Part shown: one piece after another, positions 40,610 through 48,905 of the stretch
Numbering within the stretch: the first letter of the stretch is position 1
Layout: each line of letters starts with the position of its first letter
Assembly: GCA_963832655.1 (NCBI GenBank)
Contig: CAWHUW010000006.1
Coordinates: 252,403-316,402 of the forward strand
Direction: 5' to 3'
Length of the DNA stretch: 64,000 bases
From: an uncultured Thermoleophilia bacterium
GTDB lineage: Bacteria > Actinomycetota > Thermoleophilia > UBA2241
Position numbers and translations under genes: made by a program
Notes under the pieces: model-generated
What the model was told of the DNA's origin: nothing
The model's database searches: none
What the model saw: only the letters and a program-made list of their open reading frames with translations

Positions 40610-41509
40610 ATGAAACGTGCCGGCATCGTCGTCGCCGCCCTGGCCATCCCGGTAGCCGTCGTCCTCGCTCTCGCCTTTGGCCTCGCCTCCTGCGGCGACG
40701 ACGGGACCGCTGGACCCACGCCGACCAAGACGGTGACCGTCACGGCGACCCCTTCCGCCTCGCCGTCGCCCTCCCCAAGCCCGACGGGGACGATGACGGT
40801 CTCCATCTACCTCATGCGCGGCGAGACGCTGGGCGTCGCCCACCGCGAGGTGCCGGCCTCCGTCGCCGTGGCGAAGGCGGCGATGACCGCGCTGCTCCAA
40901 GGGCCGAACGCGCGCGAGAAGGCCGCCGGCCTGACCACGACGATCCCCGCCGGCACGACGCTCAACGAGGTGACGATCGAGGACGGCACGGCGCGCGTGG
41001 ACCTGAGCGACGACTTCGCGAGCGGTGGCGGTTCGCTCTCGATGCAGGCACGGGTCGCCCAGGTCGTCTATACGCTCACGCAGTTCAGGACGGTCAATCG
41101 CGTCGACTTCTGGATCGACGGCGGGCTCGTCGAGACGCTCGGGGGCGAAGGGCTCGACCTGAGCGCCGGACAGACCCGCGCCGACTGGGAGGAGATGCTG
41201 CCGGCGATCTTCGTCGAGACGCCGGCCGTCGGCGACGTCATCACCGGCTCTCGCCTCGCCGTCCGCGGCAGCGCCTCCGTGTTCGAGGCGACCTTCGTGG
41301 TCGAAGTCCTCGGCGCCGACGGTGCGATCGTCGCCGACAAGACGGTGACCGCCACGGAGGGCGCCCCGGGGCGCGGCGTCTTCGCGGTACGCCTCGGCCT
41401 GCCGCCGATGAGCGGCAAGGGCAAGCTGGTCGCCTACGAGGTCTCGATGGAGGACGGCTCGCGCATGAACCAGGTGAGGATCCCGCTGCGCTTCGCCGTC
41501 GAGGACTGA
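40610..41509 (+). CDS. GerMN-domain plus Gmad2-like Ig-domain lipoprotein
   Basis: In ORF 40511..41509; ATG at 40610 after GAGGGAGAG. Signal plus lipobox LALAFGLASCGDD, then VSIYLMRGE..ALLQGPN..GLTTTIPAGT..VDLS.. (GerMN), then IFVETPAVGDVITG..VRGSASVFEATF. Confidence 0.7.
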   Translation: MKRAGIVVAALAIPVAVVLALAFGLASCGDDGTAGPTPTKTVTVTATPSASPSPSPSPTGTMTVSIYLMRGETLGVAHREVPASVAVAKAAMTALLQGPNAREKAAGLTTTIPAGTTLNEVTIEDGTARVDLSDDFASGGGSLSMQARVAQVVYTLTQFRTVNRVDFWIDGGLVETLGGEGLDLSAGQTRADWEEMLPAIFVETPAVGDVITGSRLAVRGSASVFEATFVVEVLGADGAIVADKTVTATEGAPGRGVFAVRLGLPPMSGKGKLVAYEVSMEDGSRMNQVRIPLRFAVED

Positions 41510-41528
41510 CGGCGGGCGAGAGGACGGC

Positions 41529-41601
41529 TGGCGGGGACTGCGGGAGTCACACCCGCCTGCGTGGGTTTAGAGCCCACGCTGATCCTTTCGATCGAGCCCC
41601 C
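41529..41601 (-). tRNA. pylT: tRNA-Pyl (anticodon CUA), CCA encoded
   Basis: The minus strand reads GGGGGCT C GATC GAAAG GATC AG CGTGGG CTCTAAA CCCACG CAG GCGGG TGTGACT CCCGC AGTCCCC G CCA. Features: 7-bp acceptor stem (one G-U pair), a single nucleotide between the acceptor and D stems, 5-nt D loop without GG, 6(-7)-bp anticodon stem, CUCUAAA loop, 3-nt variable loop, T loop without TTC, and G73 discriminator. Confidence 0.92.
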
Positions 41602-41764
41602 GCGCCGACGACGATGATACCTCCGTCACGGCCGCGCCGCTCCTGGAACTGGCAGAGCAGCGGCGCGTCGGGATAGAGTTGCGCATCACCCGGCGCCGCC
41701 GTATGCCACTCGACGTGCGGTGTCGACGACGATCTCACGGCCACTCACACGAACGGGGGTACTC

Positions 41765-42811
41765 ATGGGCAAGGGACTGAGCTGGGCCCTGACCATCATC
41801 GGCGTCCTGCTGCTCGCCGCCGGGCTCGTCCTCATGCTGGCGATCGTGCCCGGCATGAAGAAGATGCCGGCCGACACCGACACGACGCGAGACTACGAGG
41901 GCACCATGGTGGTGTTGCTGAACCCGGCCGACTTCACCTTCCAGAAGATGCTGCCCATCACCCTCCAGCGGCACTTCGCCGTCACGGAGACCGACGGTGA
42001 CCTCGCCCTTGTGAAGGAAGAGAAGACCATGATGACCGGCAGCACGCCGCTCCAGCAGGTCGTCACCAACTACGCCGTCGACCGGGTCACCATGCTGGCC
42101 ACGGACCAATACCCCGAGGAGTGGGCGACGAGCGAGGGCTTCATCCCGCGCGAGGGCATCGTGCTGAGCTGGCCGATGGACACCGAGCAGAAGGACTACA
42201 CGGGCTGGAGCGACGACTACATGAGCACCGTGCCGCTCACTTTCGCCGAGGAAGCCACGCACGAGCGCAGCGGCATGACGCTCTACAAGTTCACGTCCAG
42301 CAGCGACCCGAAGCCCATCGTCCCCGAGATGGTGACGGCCATGGGCCTGCCGACCGAGCTGCCCAAGGCGCAGGTCCAGCAACTCCTCGGGCAGATCGAC
42401 CTGTCGGCGCTGCCCGGCGACGTCCTGACGACGCTGTTCGCGAAGCTGCCGGACCCGGTGCCGCTGGGCTACTACTACGGCTATGACGGCACCTACTGGA
42501 TCGACCCCGCGACGGGGATCATCGTGGACGTCGAGAAGACCGAGAAGCGCAGCGTGTCCCTCAGCCCCGACCTCCTCGAAGGCACGCCGCTGGCGCTGCT
42601 TCCGGAGGACCAGATGGCGGTGCTCCGGGTCCCGGTCTCGGACTTCAAGTACACCGCCACCGACGCCTCGGTCGAGGCCGCAAAGACCGACGCCGAGGAC
42701 GGGGCGAGCAAGCTTCAGCTCTACGGCACGACGCTGCCGTGGATCGGGATCATCGCCGGCGCCGTGCTGCTGGTGATCGGCCTCGTCCTGATGAGGCGCA
42801 AGACGGCCTGA
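41765..42811 (+). CDS. DUF3068 (PorA-like) membrane protein with N- and C-terminal TM helices
   Basis: In ORF 41720..42811; ATG at 41765. GKGLSWALTIIGVLLLAAGLVLMLAIVP at the N-terminus and WIGIIAGAVLLVIGLVLMRRK at the C-terminus. Family assignment is from general resemblance only. Confidence 0.55.
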   Translation: MGKGLSWALTIIGVLLLAAGLVLMLAIVPGMKKMPADTDTTRDYEGTMVVLLNPADFTFQKMLPITLQRHFAVTETDGDLALVKEEKTMMTGSTPLQQVVTNYAVDRVTMLATDQYPEEWATSEGFIPREGIVLSWPMDTEQKDYTGWSDDYMSTVPLTFAEEATHERSGMTLYKFTSSSDPKPIVPEMVTAMGLPTELPKAQVQQLLGQIDLSALPGDVLTTLFAKLPDPVPLGYYYGYDGTYWIDPATGIIVDVEKTEKRSVSLSPDLLEGTPLALLPEDQMAVLRVPVSDFKYTATDASVEAAKTDAEDGASKLQLYGTTLPWIGIIAGAVLLVIGLVLMRRKTA

Positions 42812-42925
42812 GCTACGCGACAAGGCTCGACGTCGCGGCACGAGCGCGCGCCGCGGAGTGCGACGAGGGGCGGGCGGCACCAGTGCCGCCCGCCCCTCGC
42901 TCGCGTGCGTGGCTTAGCTTCGCCG

Positions 42926-43810
42926 TCAGGCGAGCGCCCGTGCCGCCATGACGGCGACGCCGACCGCGAGAGGGTCGTGGATGTGACGCGGCCCCAGCGC
43001 GGCGCGAGCACCGGCGTCGAGCGCCGGAGGCACCCCCGGCGCCGCGACGATGGCGCCCGGGCAAAGGTCGCCGGCGGTGACGATGTCGGCCACCGGTGTC
43101 GCGTCGAAGAGCAGGTCGCAGCGTGCGAGCCCATCCGCCAGGTCGGTGCGGGCGAACGGGAGTCCGTCGGCCGTCGCCCTCGCCACGGCACCATCGTCGG
43201 GGTCCACGGCGAGCAGGTCGGCGCCCATGGCCGTCAGGCGCCGGCCGGCGGCGCGGCCGACCGGACCGAGGCCGAGCAGCAGGACGGACCGGCCGGCGAG
43301 ACCGCCGGCCGCCGCCGCGAGCGCCGTGACGTACCCGTCGGCCGTCGCCGGGTCGTCGTCGACGCACAGACCCGTGTGGATGTTCAGCGCGATGAACCGG
43401 AAGTCGTCGGCGACGAAGACGACTTCGTCACCCCCTTCGGCCGCCGCCTGCAGACCACGCACGTCGGGCTGCGTCGTGACGTGGGCGTCGCACCCCAGGT
43501 GCCGAAGGATCGTGACGACGCACTCGCAGAAGCCGGGGATGAAGCCCTCGCCGCTGCTCACCGGCACGGCGGCGACGCGGGCGCCGGCGAAGGGCACTGC
43601 TGTCGTCGGCGCCGCCCCTGGCAAGACCGTCGCGTCTGAGCGCTCCGCTCGTGACGCCAGCGCACGGTCGACGTCCACCGTGCGTTGAGCGAGTCCGAGG
43701 AGCGTGAGACCGCAGACCGCGACGAGATCGCGCTCGAACGCGCCGAGGCGCGCGCTCAGCTCCCGGACGTCGTGCTCGGTCAACCTGGTCACCGCGTCAC
43801 CGTCCTTCAC
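42926..43810 (-). CDS. pylD: pyrrolysine biosynthesis dehydrogenase PylD
   Basis: ORF 42926..43810: VAAVPVSSGEGFIPGF, VVFVADDFRFIALN, Rossmann motif LLLGLGPVGRAAG, FDATP, VAAPGVP. These parallel the Methanosarcina PylD blocks VGIVPVTSGNGIIGNF, ILMADDRTFLAHN, VVGLGKVG, FEATP, STPGIP. Confidence 0.85.
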   Translation of the reverse strand: MKDGDAVTRLTEHDVRELSARLGAFERDLVAVCGLTLLGLAQRTVDVDRALASRAERSDATVLPGAAPTTAVPFAGARVAAVPVSSGEGFIPGFCECVVTILRHLGCDAHVTTQPDVRGLQAAAEGGDEVVFVADDFRFIALNIHTGLCVDDDPATADGYVTALAAAAGGLAGRSVLLLGLGPVGRAAGRRLTAMGADLLAVDPDDGAVARATADGLPFARTDLADGLARCDLLFDATPVADIVTAGDLCPGAIVAAPGVPPALDAGARAALGPRHIHDPLAVGVAVMAARALA

Positions 43811-43852
43811 TTGCGGTCCGCGTCGCTCTCGGGCCCGCGGTCGCCGATGTCC

Positions 43853-45070
43853 TCACAGAGTCTCACCCTCAGGGAGAACTTCAAGGTTCTCCTCCGCGGC
43901 CAGCGCGGCGACCACGTCGTCTGCCGTGCGCTGCGCCTCGGCCACGCTCGCTCCCAGTGTGATCAGCGTCGCCGACCACGCTGACCGCCCCGGTCCGTAG
44001 TCGGTCAGCGCCTCGTGGGCACCGAAGAACCCGGGCGCCAAGGTGAGCGGCCGGGCGCCGCCCATGACGTGCTCGCCCGCGACCGCCAGCCTGCCGTCTT
44101 GTGCGTGGACGTGCTGATAGACGCAGGCTCTCGAAGACGTCCTGTCGACCTTCGGCGGACGGCCGTCGGCGATCGTACGCCGCAGCAGCTCGACGATGTT
44201 GAGACCGCTCGACCAGTAGACCGCCGTCGGGGTCTGGCTCGGCAGCCGGGCGTCGATCTCCAGCACCTTGGGCTGCGCCTCGTGGACCATCACTTCGACG
44301 TCCATGAGCCCACGTAGGCCAAGACTTTCCGCGAGCCGCACGGATACCGCGTCGAACGCTTCGAGAACGCCAGGCGCCACGGCCTGCCCCCACGCCTCGC
44401 CCGTGACGCGCTCGTCGGCGGGCGTCGCGCCGGCGGCCTCGCTGACCGGGGCGACGACACGCCGGCAGTCGTAATCGGCGTCGAACTCGAGCCCGGTGAC
44501 CTGCAGGGGCACGGCGTGGCCGTCCCAGCAGAGCACCTCGAGCGAGAGCGACGGGCCGGCGACGTACTCCTCGACTATGGCGTCGTGCCCCTCGGCCTCG
44601 AGCGCGGCGCGCGCCGCGGCGAGCTCATGCTCGTCGGCGGCGAGCCGCACGCCCTCGCTGCCGCTCGCGGCGCTGGGCTTGACGACCACCGGGAACGCAC
44701 AGCCGGGCCACGGTATCGGTCGCGGCACATCAAGCCGCGCGAAGAGCTCGTTCGAGGCGAGCTTGGAGGAGGTCACCGCATACGCGGCGAGGTCGAAGAG
44801 CAGCGGCACGTCCCAACGCGGCACGTGCGCGTCGAGCCAGGCGAGCGTGGCGTCGTCCTCGCAGGCGGGCAGCACGGCGTCGCAGGTGTCCAGCACGGCG
44901 CGGCTCCGCGCCTCGTCGGCGGTCACGTCCATGACCACGTGGACGTCGGCGAGGCCGGCGGCCGGCGGTGCCTCGCGACGGTCGATCAGGACCGTCTCGT
45001 ACCCCGCCTTGGCGGCGAGGTAGACGGCCTCCGTCCCCTGCAGCTTGCCGCCGACGATCGCCAGCCTCAC
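43853..45070 (-). CDS. pylC: pyrrolysine biosynthesis ATP-grasp ligase PylC
   Basis: ORF 43853..45184. GTG at 45070 after GGGGGAG, overlapping the upstream TGA (GTGA). VRLAIVGGKLQGTEAVYLAAKAGYETVLID, VVVKPSAASGSEGV, SLEVL, MDVEV, EIDARLPSQTPTAVYWSSGLNIVELL matches remembered PylC (EIDARFPSQTPTVVYYSSGINLIELL). Confidence 0.88.
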   Translation of the reverse strand: MRLAIVGGKLQGTEAVYLAAKAGYETVLIDRREAPPAAGLADVHVVMDVTADEARSRAVLDTCDAVLPACEDDATLAWLDAHVPRWDVPLLFDLAAYAVTSSKLASNELFARLDVPRPIPWPGCAFPVVVKPSAASGSEGVRLAADEHELAAARAALEAEGHDAIVEEYVAGPSLSLEVLCWDGHAVPLQVTGLEFDADYDCRRVVAPVSEAAGATPADERVTGEAWGQAVAPGVLEAFDAVSVRLAESLGLRGLMDVEVMVHEAQPKVLEIDARLPSQTPTAVYWSSGLNIVELLRRTIADGRPPKVDRTSSRACVYQHVHAQDGRLAVAGEHVMGGARPLTLAPGFFGAHEALTDYGPGRSAWSATLITLGASVAEAQRTADDVVAALAAEENLEVLPEGETL

Positions 45071-45300
45071 GTCGACTCCCCCGTCCGCGGCGGAGCGGCG
45101 GCGCCGGCGACGCGCAGACGCTCCAGCGTCTCTCGGTAGGCCGCGACCCCGGCCGGGCGCAGGCCGCGACGCTCGAGGGCGCACACCCCCAGCCGCGCGC
45201 CTTCCAGCGCGGCCGCGCAGAGTGCGCGCACGGTCTCCCTCGACGGTGTCGTCTGCATGTCCGTCTGTCCGAGCATCACGTCAGCGGCGATCGCGTCGGC
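45067..45300 (-). pseudogene. short ORF translationally coupled to pylC; possible 3' remnant of pylB
   Basis: Tail of ORF 45067..45447 downstream of the nitroreductase stop: ..ADAIAADVMLGQTDMQTTPSRETVRALCAAALEGARLGVCALERRGLRPAGVAAYRETLERL... The stretch LERRGLRPAGVAAYRETL resembles the PylB C-terminal LEIMGMKPARQADFEAVL of Methanosarcina. No radical SAM core is present. Confidence 0.3.
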
Positions 45301-45307
45301 GACCGGC

Positions 45308-46021
45308 TCAGCGCCAGTCGAGCACCTCGTCAAGGGGGCGCCGTCCGCTGCGCCGCGGGCGCCCGGCGGATCGCCCGATCGGGACCAGCGCCGCGAGACG
45401 AGCATCGGCCGGCGCGCCGAGGAGTCCTTCGAGCGCCGGCGCCGCAAGCACCGGCGCCGTCATCCAGCACGACCCGTACCCCATCGCGTGTGCCGCCGTG
45501 ACGAGCAGCTGCACGGCGGCGCCGATACTCTGCAGGTCGGGTCGCTGACGGACGCGGTCCCTCTCATCGGTCGAGAGGCCGCGCGCCGCGAGCAGCTCAT
45601 CGCTGCGCGACGAATACGGCGTCGCGAACACCGCGATCACCACGGGGGCCTCGGCGAAGAACGTCGCGTACGCGCGGATCGCGCGGATGTCGCGTCCGCG
45701 CCCCTGGCACTCCGGCAGGCCGGCCATGACGTCGAGTGCGGCGTGGACCGCCTCCGCCATCTCGCGCCGCAGCGCCTCGTCCTGGACAGCGACGAACCGC
45801 CACGGCTGGGAGTTGCCGGCGTTGGCGGCGCGCACGGCGAGCGCGACCATGGCCTCGATGTCTGCGCGGGGTACCGGGTCGGGAAGGAAGCGGCGGACGC
45901 TGCAGCGTTCCTCCACAGTCGCCGCGAAGCTCGCCTGGCTCAGACGCTCGCGCGCGTCGGAGGCATCACCGGGGACCGCGGGCAGCCGTCCGTCGCTGGT
46001 CTCGTCGCGTCTCCTCGGCAT
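45308..46021 (-). CDS. nitroreductase family flavoprotein
   Basis: In ORF 45308..46303; ATG at 46021. RCSVRRFLPDPVPRADIEAMVALAVRAANAGNSQPWRFVAV .. GAAVQLLVTAAHAMGYGSCWM. Confidence 0.8.
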   Translation of the reverse strand: MPRRRDETSDGRLPAVPGDASDARERLSQASFAATVEERCSVRRFLPDPVPRADIEAMVALAVRAANAGNSQPWRFVAVQDEALRREMAEAVHAALDVMAGLPECQGRGRDIRAIRAYATFFAEAPVVIAVFATPYSSRSDELLAARGLSTDERDRVRQRPDLQSIGAAVQLLVTAAHAMGYGSCWMTAPVLAAPALEGLLGAPADARLAALVPIGRSAGRPRRSGRRPLDEVLDWR

Positions 46022-46098
46022 GTGCGCACCCCGGAAGAAGAGGGGCGGCGCGGGCGCCCTCCGGGCGCCCGCGCCGCCCCGTCGTGTCGCGTTCTTCG

Positions 46099-46368
46099 TC
46101 AGCCGCCCGAGATCGGCGGGACGACGTTCATCTTGTCGCCGTCCTCGAGCTCTGTCTTCACACCCTCGCGGGCATTGATGTTGCGCCCGTTGAGGAAGAC
46201 GCCCGCCCACATGCGCCCGTCCTCGCGGTAGATCCGCGGGCGCAGCCGTGGCTCGATGGCGATCGCGCTGTCGAGCGCCTCGCCGACGGTCGCCGCGTCG
46301 CATTCGACGTCGCGACGGCCGTCGCCCGTCGTCATCCCGACCGGCAGCTTGACGGAGACCTTGGCCAT
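46099..46368 (-). CDS. MoaD/ThiS family ubiquitin-like sulfur-carrier protein (C-terminal GG)
   Basis: ORF 46099..46368, 89 aa, ..NGRNINAREGVKTELEDGDKMNVVPPISGG. Confidence 0.75.
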   Translation of the reverse strand: MAKVSVKLPVGMTTGDGRRDVECDAATVGEALDSAIAIEPRLRPRIYREDGRMWAGVFLNGRNINAREGVKTELEDGDKMNVVPPISGG

Positions 46369-46372
46369 GACC

Positions 46373-46870
46373 TTACGCCTGCAGCTCCTTGTCCATCTTG
46401 TCGACCTTGAGGTCGACGGCGAGGACGTGGGGGTTCTGGCAGAAGGCGATGCACTGGGGCTCGCCGTCGCAGAGGTCGCACTTGAAGGCGACCTCGCGGT
46501 CGGGGTGCTCGTGGATGACGTCGGTGGGACAGACGTCGTAGCACTCGCCGCAGTTGGTGCAGAGGTCGTCGACGACGACGAGCACGTAGCCCTTGACGGT
46601 GTCGCCGAGCTTCTCGCGGCCGGCGAAGTCGCCCTTGACCTTGACGGTGATCTCCTTCGTCACGATGGCGTCGTTGGGGCAGGCCTCCTGGCACTTGGCG
46701 CAGCCGGTCTGCAGGCAGGTGTGGCCCTTGATGGCGCCCGTGGTCGGGTTGACCTCCGCCCAGAGCCGCGCGACGCTGGGACGGAAGGCGCCCTCGTGGT
46801 AGGCGCTGCAGGCGAGCTCGCACTGGTGGCAGCCGGTGCACTTCTTGCTTGAGATCATCACGTGGGGCAT
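46373..46870 (-). CDS. 4Fe-4S dicluster ferredoxin-domain protein (AOR-associated electron transfer subunit)
   Basis: ORF 46373..46870. Cys motifs: CTGCHQCELAC, CAKCQEACP, CTNCGECYDVCP, CDLCDGEPQC. TAA stop. Confidence 0.8.
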   Translation of the reverse strand: MPHVMISSKKCTGCHQCELACSAYHEGAFRPSVARLWAEVNPTTGAIKGHTCLQTGCAKCQEACPNDAIVTKEITVKVKGDFAGREKLGDTVKGYVLVVVDDLCTNCGECYDVCPTDVIHEHPDREVAFKCDLCDGEPQCIAFCQNPHVLAVDLKVDKMDKELQA

Positions 46871-46901
46871 CGTTCTCCCTTTCCTGAGAGCCAGCCGCCG
46901 T

Positions 46902-48707
46902 CTAGAGGCGCACGTCGACGCCGAGCTCGGCGAGCTTGGCCTCGGTCGGGACGCCGTTCTCGTCCCAGCCGCGCAGGGCGTAGTACTTCTGGATCGACTC
47001 GTGGAAGAGGTCGTCGCCCACGACCTTGCCGGCGGACGGACCCTCGGTGTGGGCGACCTCGTACAGCTTCTTCGGCAGGTCGTCCTTCTCCACGCCCTCG
47101 CGCAGGTTGAAGAGACGGGCGAGGTTCCAGATGCGCTCGCCCATCGTCATGACCTCCTCCTCGGCGACGTCGCGCCCGAGCACCAGCGGGAACATGACGG
47201 TGAGCTGCTCGGGGGTGACGGCCCAGAAGTCGCACCAGATGCCGCTGAACTTGATCGAGCTGAAGTTCTGCCCGATGAAGCCGTTCGCCGTGTTGCCGGC
47301 GATGATCTGCTCGACCTTGCCCTCCATCGTGTCGGCCGGCAGCGTGCCCGCGGCGAGCTCGTCGCCCGGCGGGAAGGCCCGCATGTGGCAGCCGCCCCGG
47401 TCGCTGGTCGCGTAGCTGATGGCGCTGCCGAACGAGCCGCGCGGGTCGTAGCCCGGCACCTCCAGTCCCTTGACCTGGATGGCGAGCTCAGGATGGCCGT
47501 ACTGGGCGGCGAGCGCTCTTGTGCCCTTGGCAAGGTCGGCGCCGATGCCCTCGCGCTTCGCGATGAGCGTCGGCGCCGCGACGTAGCCCTCGACCTCGCC
47601 GAAGTGCAGACCGAAGTCCTTGATGCCCTTTTCGGTCATGTCCATGGCGAGACCCACGACGGCGCCCGAGGAGATCGTGTCGAGGCCGAGCTCGTCGCAG
47701 AGCTCGTTGAACTTCATCAGCGCGTCGATGTCGTCGATGCCGCAGTTCGCCCCGCAGAGGGCGATGGTCTCGTACTCGGGGCCCTCGCCGTGCACCTCGG
47801 CGCCGGCGAACGTGGTGACGTGGAAGTTGCGGCAGCTGATCGAGCATTGGTAGCAGCCGCGCTTCTTCAGGCGGATCTTCTGAAAGGCCTCGGAGTTGAT
47901 CTTCTCGGCGCCCTCGAACTCGCCCGCCGACCAGTTGCGGGTCGGCAGCGCGCCGCCGCCGTTGACCACGTCGACCAGGGTCGGCGTGCCCTCCTCGTGA
48001 GCCCACATGTTGTCGTCGGTCAGCACGTAGTCGGTGTGTATCTTGTAGAGCAGGTCGAGGAAGGCCTTGGCGTCGCCGACCGGGACGCTGCCGGTGCCGC
48101 GCACTACGACCGCCTTGAGGTTCTTGTCGCCCATGAGGGCGCCGTGACCCGCCCGGCCGGCCTTGTGGTACTGGTCGGTGGAGATGCAGGCGAAGGCGAC
48201 CTTGTGCTCGCCGGCCGGCCCGATCGAGAGCGTCTTGGCGTTCTTGTCGACGTCCTGGCGCATGGCCTCCTCGATCTCGGAGGTCTTCATGCCCCAGTAC
48301 TTGGCGGCGGGCATGAACTCGACGACGTCATCCTTGATGACGACGATCGTCGGCTCCGCCGCCTTGCCTTTGATGATCACCGCGTCGTACCCGGCGAACT
48401 TGAGCTCGGGGGCGAACGATCCGCCGACGTAGCTGTCGTTGAGGATGCCGGTGATCGGGCTCTTGCAGCCCACCACGAGGCGCGACGCGGTGCTGACCGT
48501 CGTGCCGGCGAACGGGCCCGTCATGAGGATGAGCGGAGCCTGCGGGGACCACGGGTCCATCTTCGGCTCCACCTCCTCCCACAAGTACCTCAGAAGGAGG
48601 CCCTTGCCACCGAGGTACTTCTCGGCCCACGCCATGTTGAGCGGCTCGACGGCGGTGGTGCCGGCGCTCAGGTCGATCCTGAGCACTCTGCCCTTGTAGA
48701 AGTCCAA
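46902..48707 (-). CDS. aor: aldehyde:ferredoxin oxidoreductase (tungstopterin AOR family)
   Basis: ORF 46902..48761. TTG at 48707, 5 nt after AGGAGG. Colinear with remembered P. furiosus AOR: GGKGL, GPFAGT, SPITG, LKFAGYDA, GPAGE, KAGRAGHGALMG, CYQCSISC, GPEYET, CDELGLDT, YATSDRGGCH. TAG stop. Confidence 0.9.
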   Translation of the reverse strand: MDFYKGRVLRIDLSAGTTAVEPLNMAWAEKYLGGKGLLLRYLWEEVEPKMDPWSPQAPLILMTGPFAGTTVSTASRLVVGCKSPITGILNDSYVGGSFAPELKFAGYDAVIIKGKAAEPTIVVIKDDVVEFMPAAKYWGMKTSEIEEAMRQDVDKNAKTLSIGPAGEHKVAFACISTDQYHKAGRAGHGALMGDKNLKAVVVRGTGSVPVGDAKAFLDLLYKIHTDYVLTDDNMWAHEEGTPTLVDVVNGGGALPTRNWSAGEFEGAEKINSEAFQKIRLKKRGCYQCSISCRNFHVTTFAGAEVHGEGPEYETIALCGANCGIDDIDALMKFNELCDELGLDTISSGAVVGLAMDMTEKGIKDFGLHFGEVEGYVAAPTLIAKREGIGADLAKGTRALAAQYGHPELAIQVKGLEVPGYDPRGSFGSAISYATSDRGGCHMRAFPPGDELAAGTLPADTMEGKVEQIIAGNTANGFIGQNFSSIKFSGIWCDFWAVTPEQLTVMFPLVLGRDVAEEEVMTMGERIWNLARLFNLREGVEKDDLPKKLYEVAHTEGPSAGKVVGDDLFHESIQKYYALRGWDENGVPTEAKLAELGVDVRL

Positions 48708-48905
48708 TGCGTCCTCCTGAGGCCGTGCTGGAACGTGCCCCCGTACGTCTCGCGCACACACCGCAGCGGCGCGAAGAGGGGATGACAGGCTCGGTCATTC
48801 TATGGGAGCCGGCGCGGGCGGGCAACACCTCGGCGAGCCCGCCGACTCGGATGAGCGTCCGAAAACGCCAGCAAAAAGAGGACGGCGGCCGGCCTCAGCG
48901 CGGCG

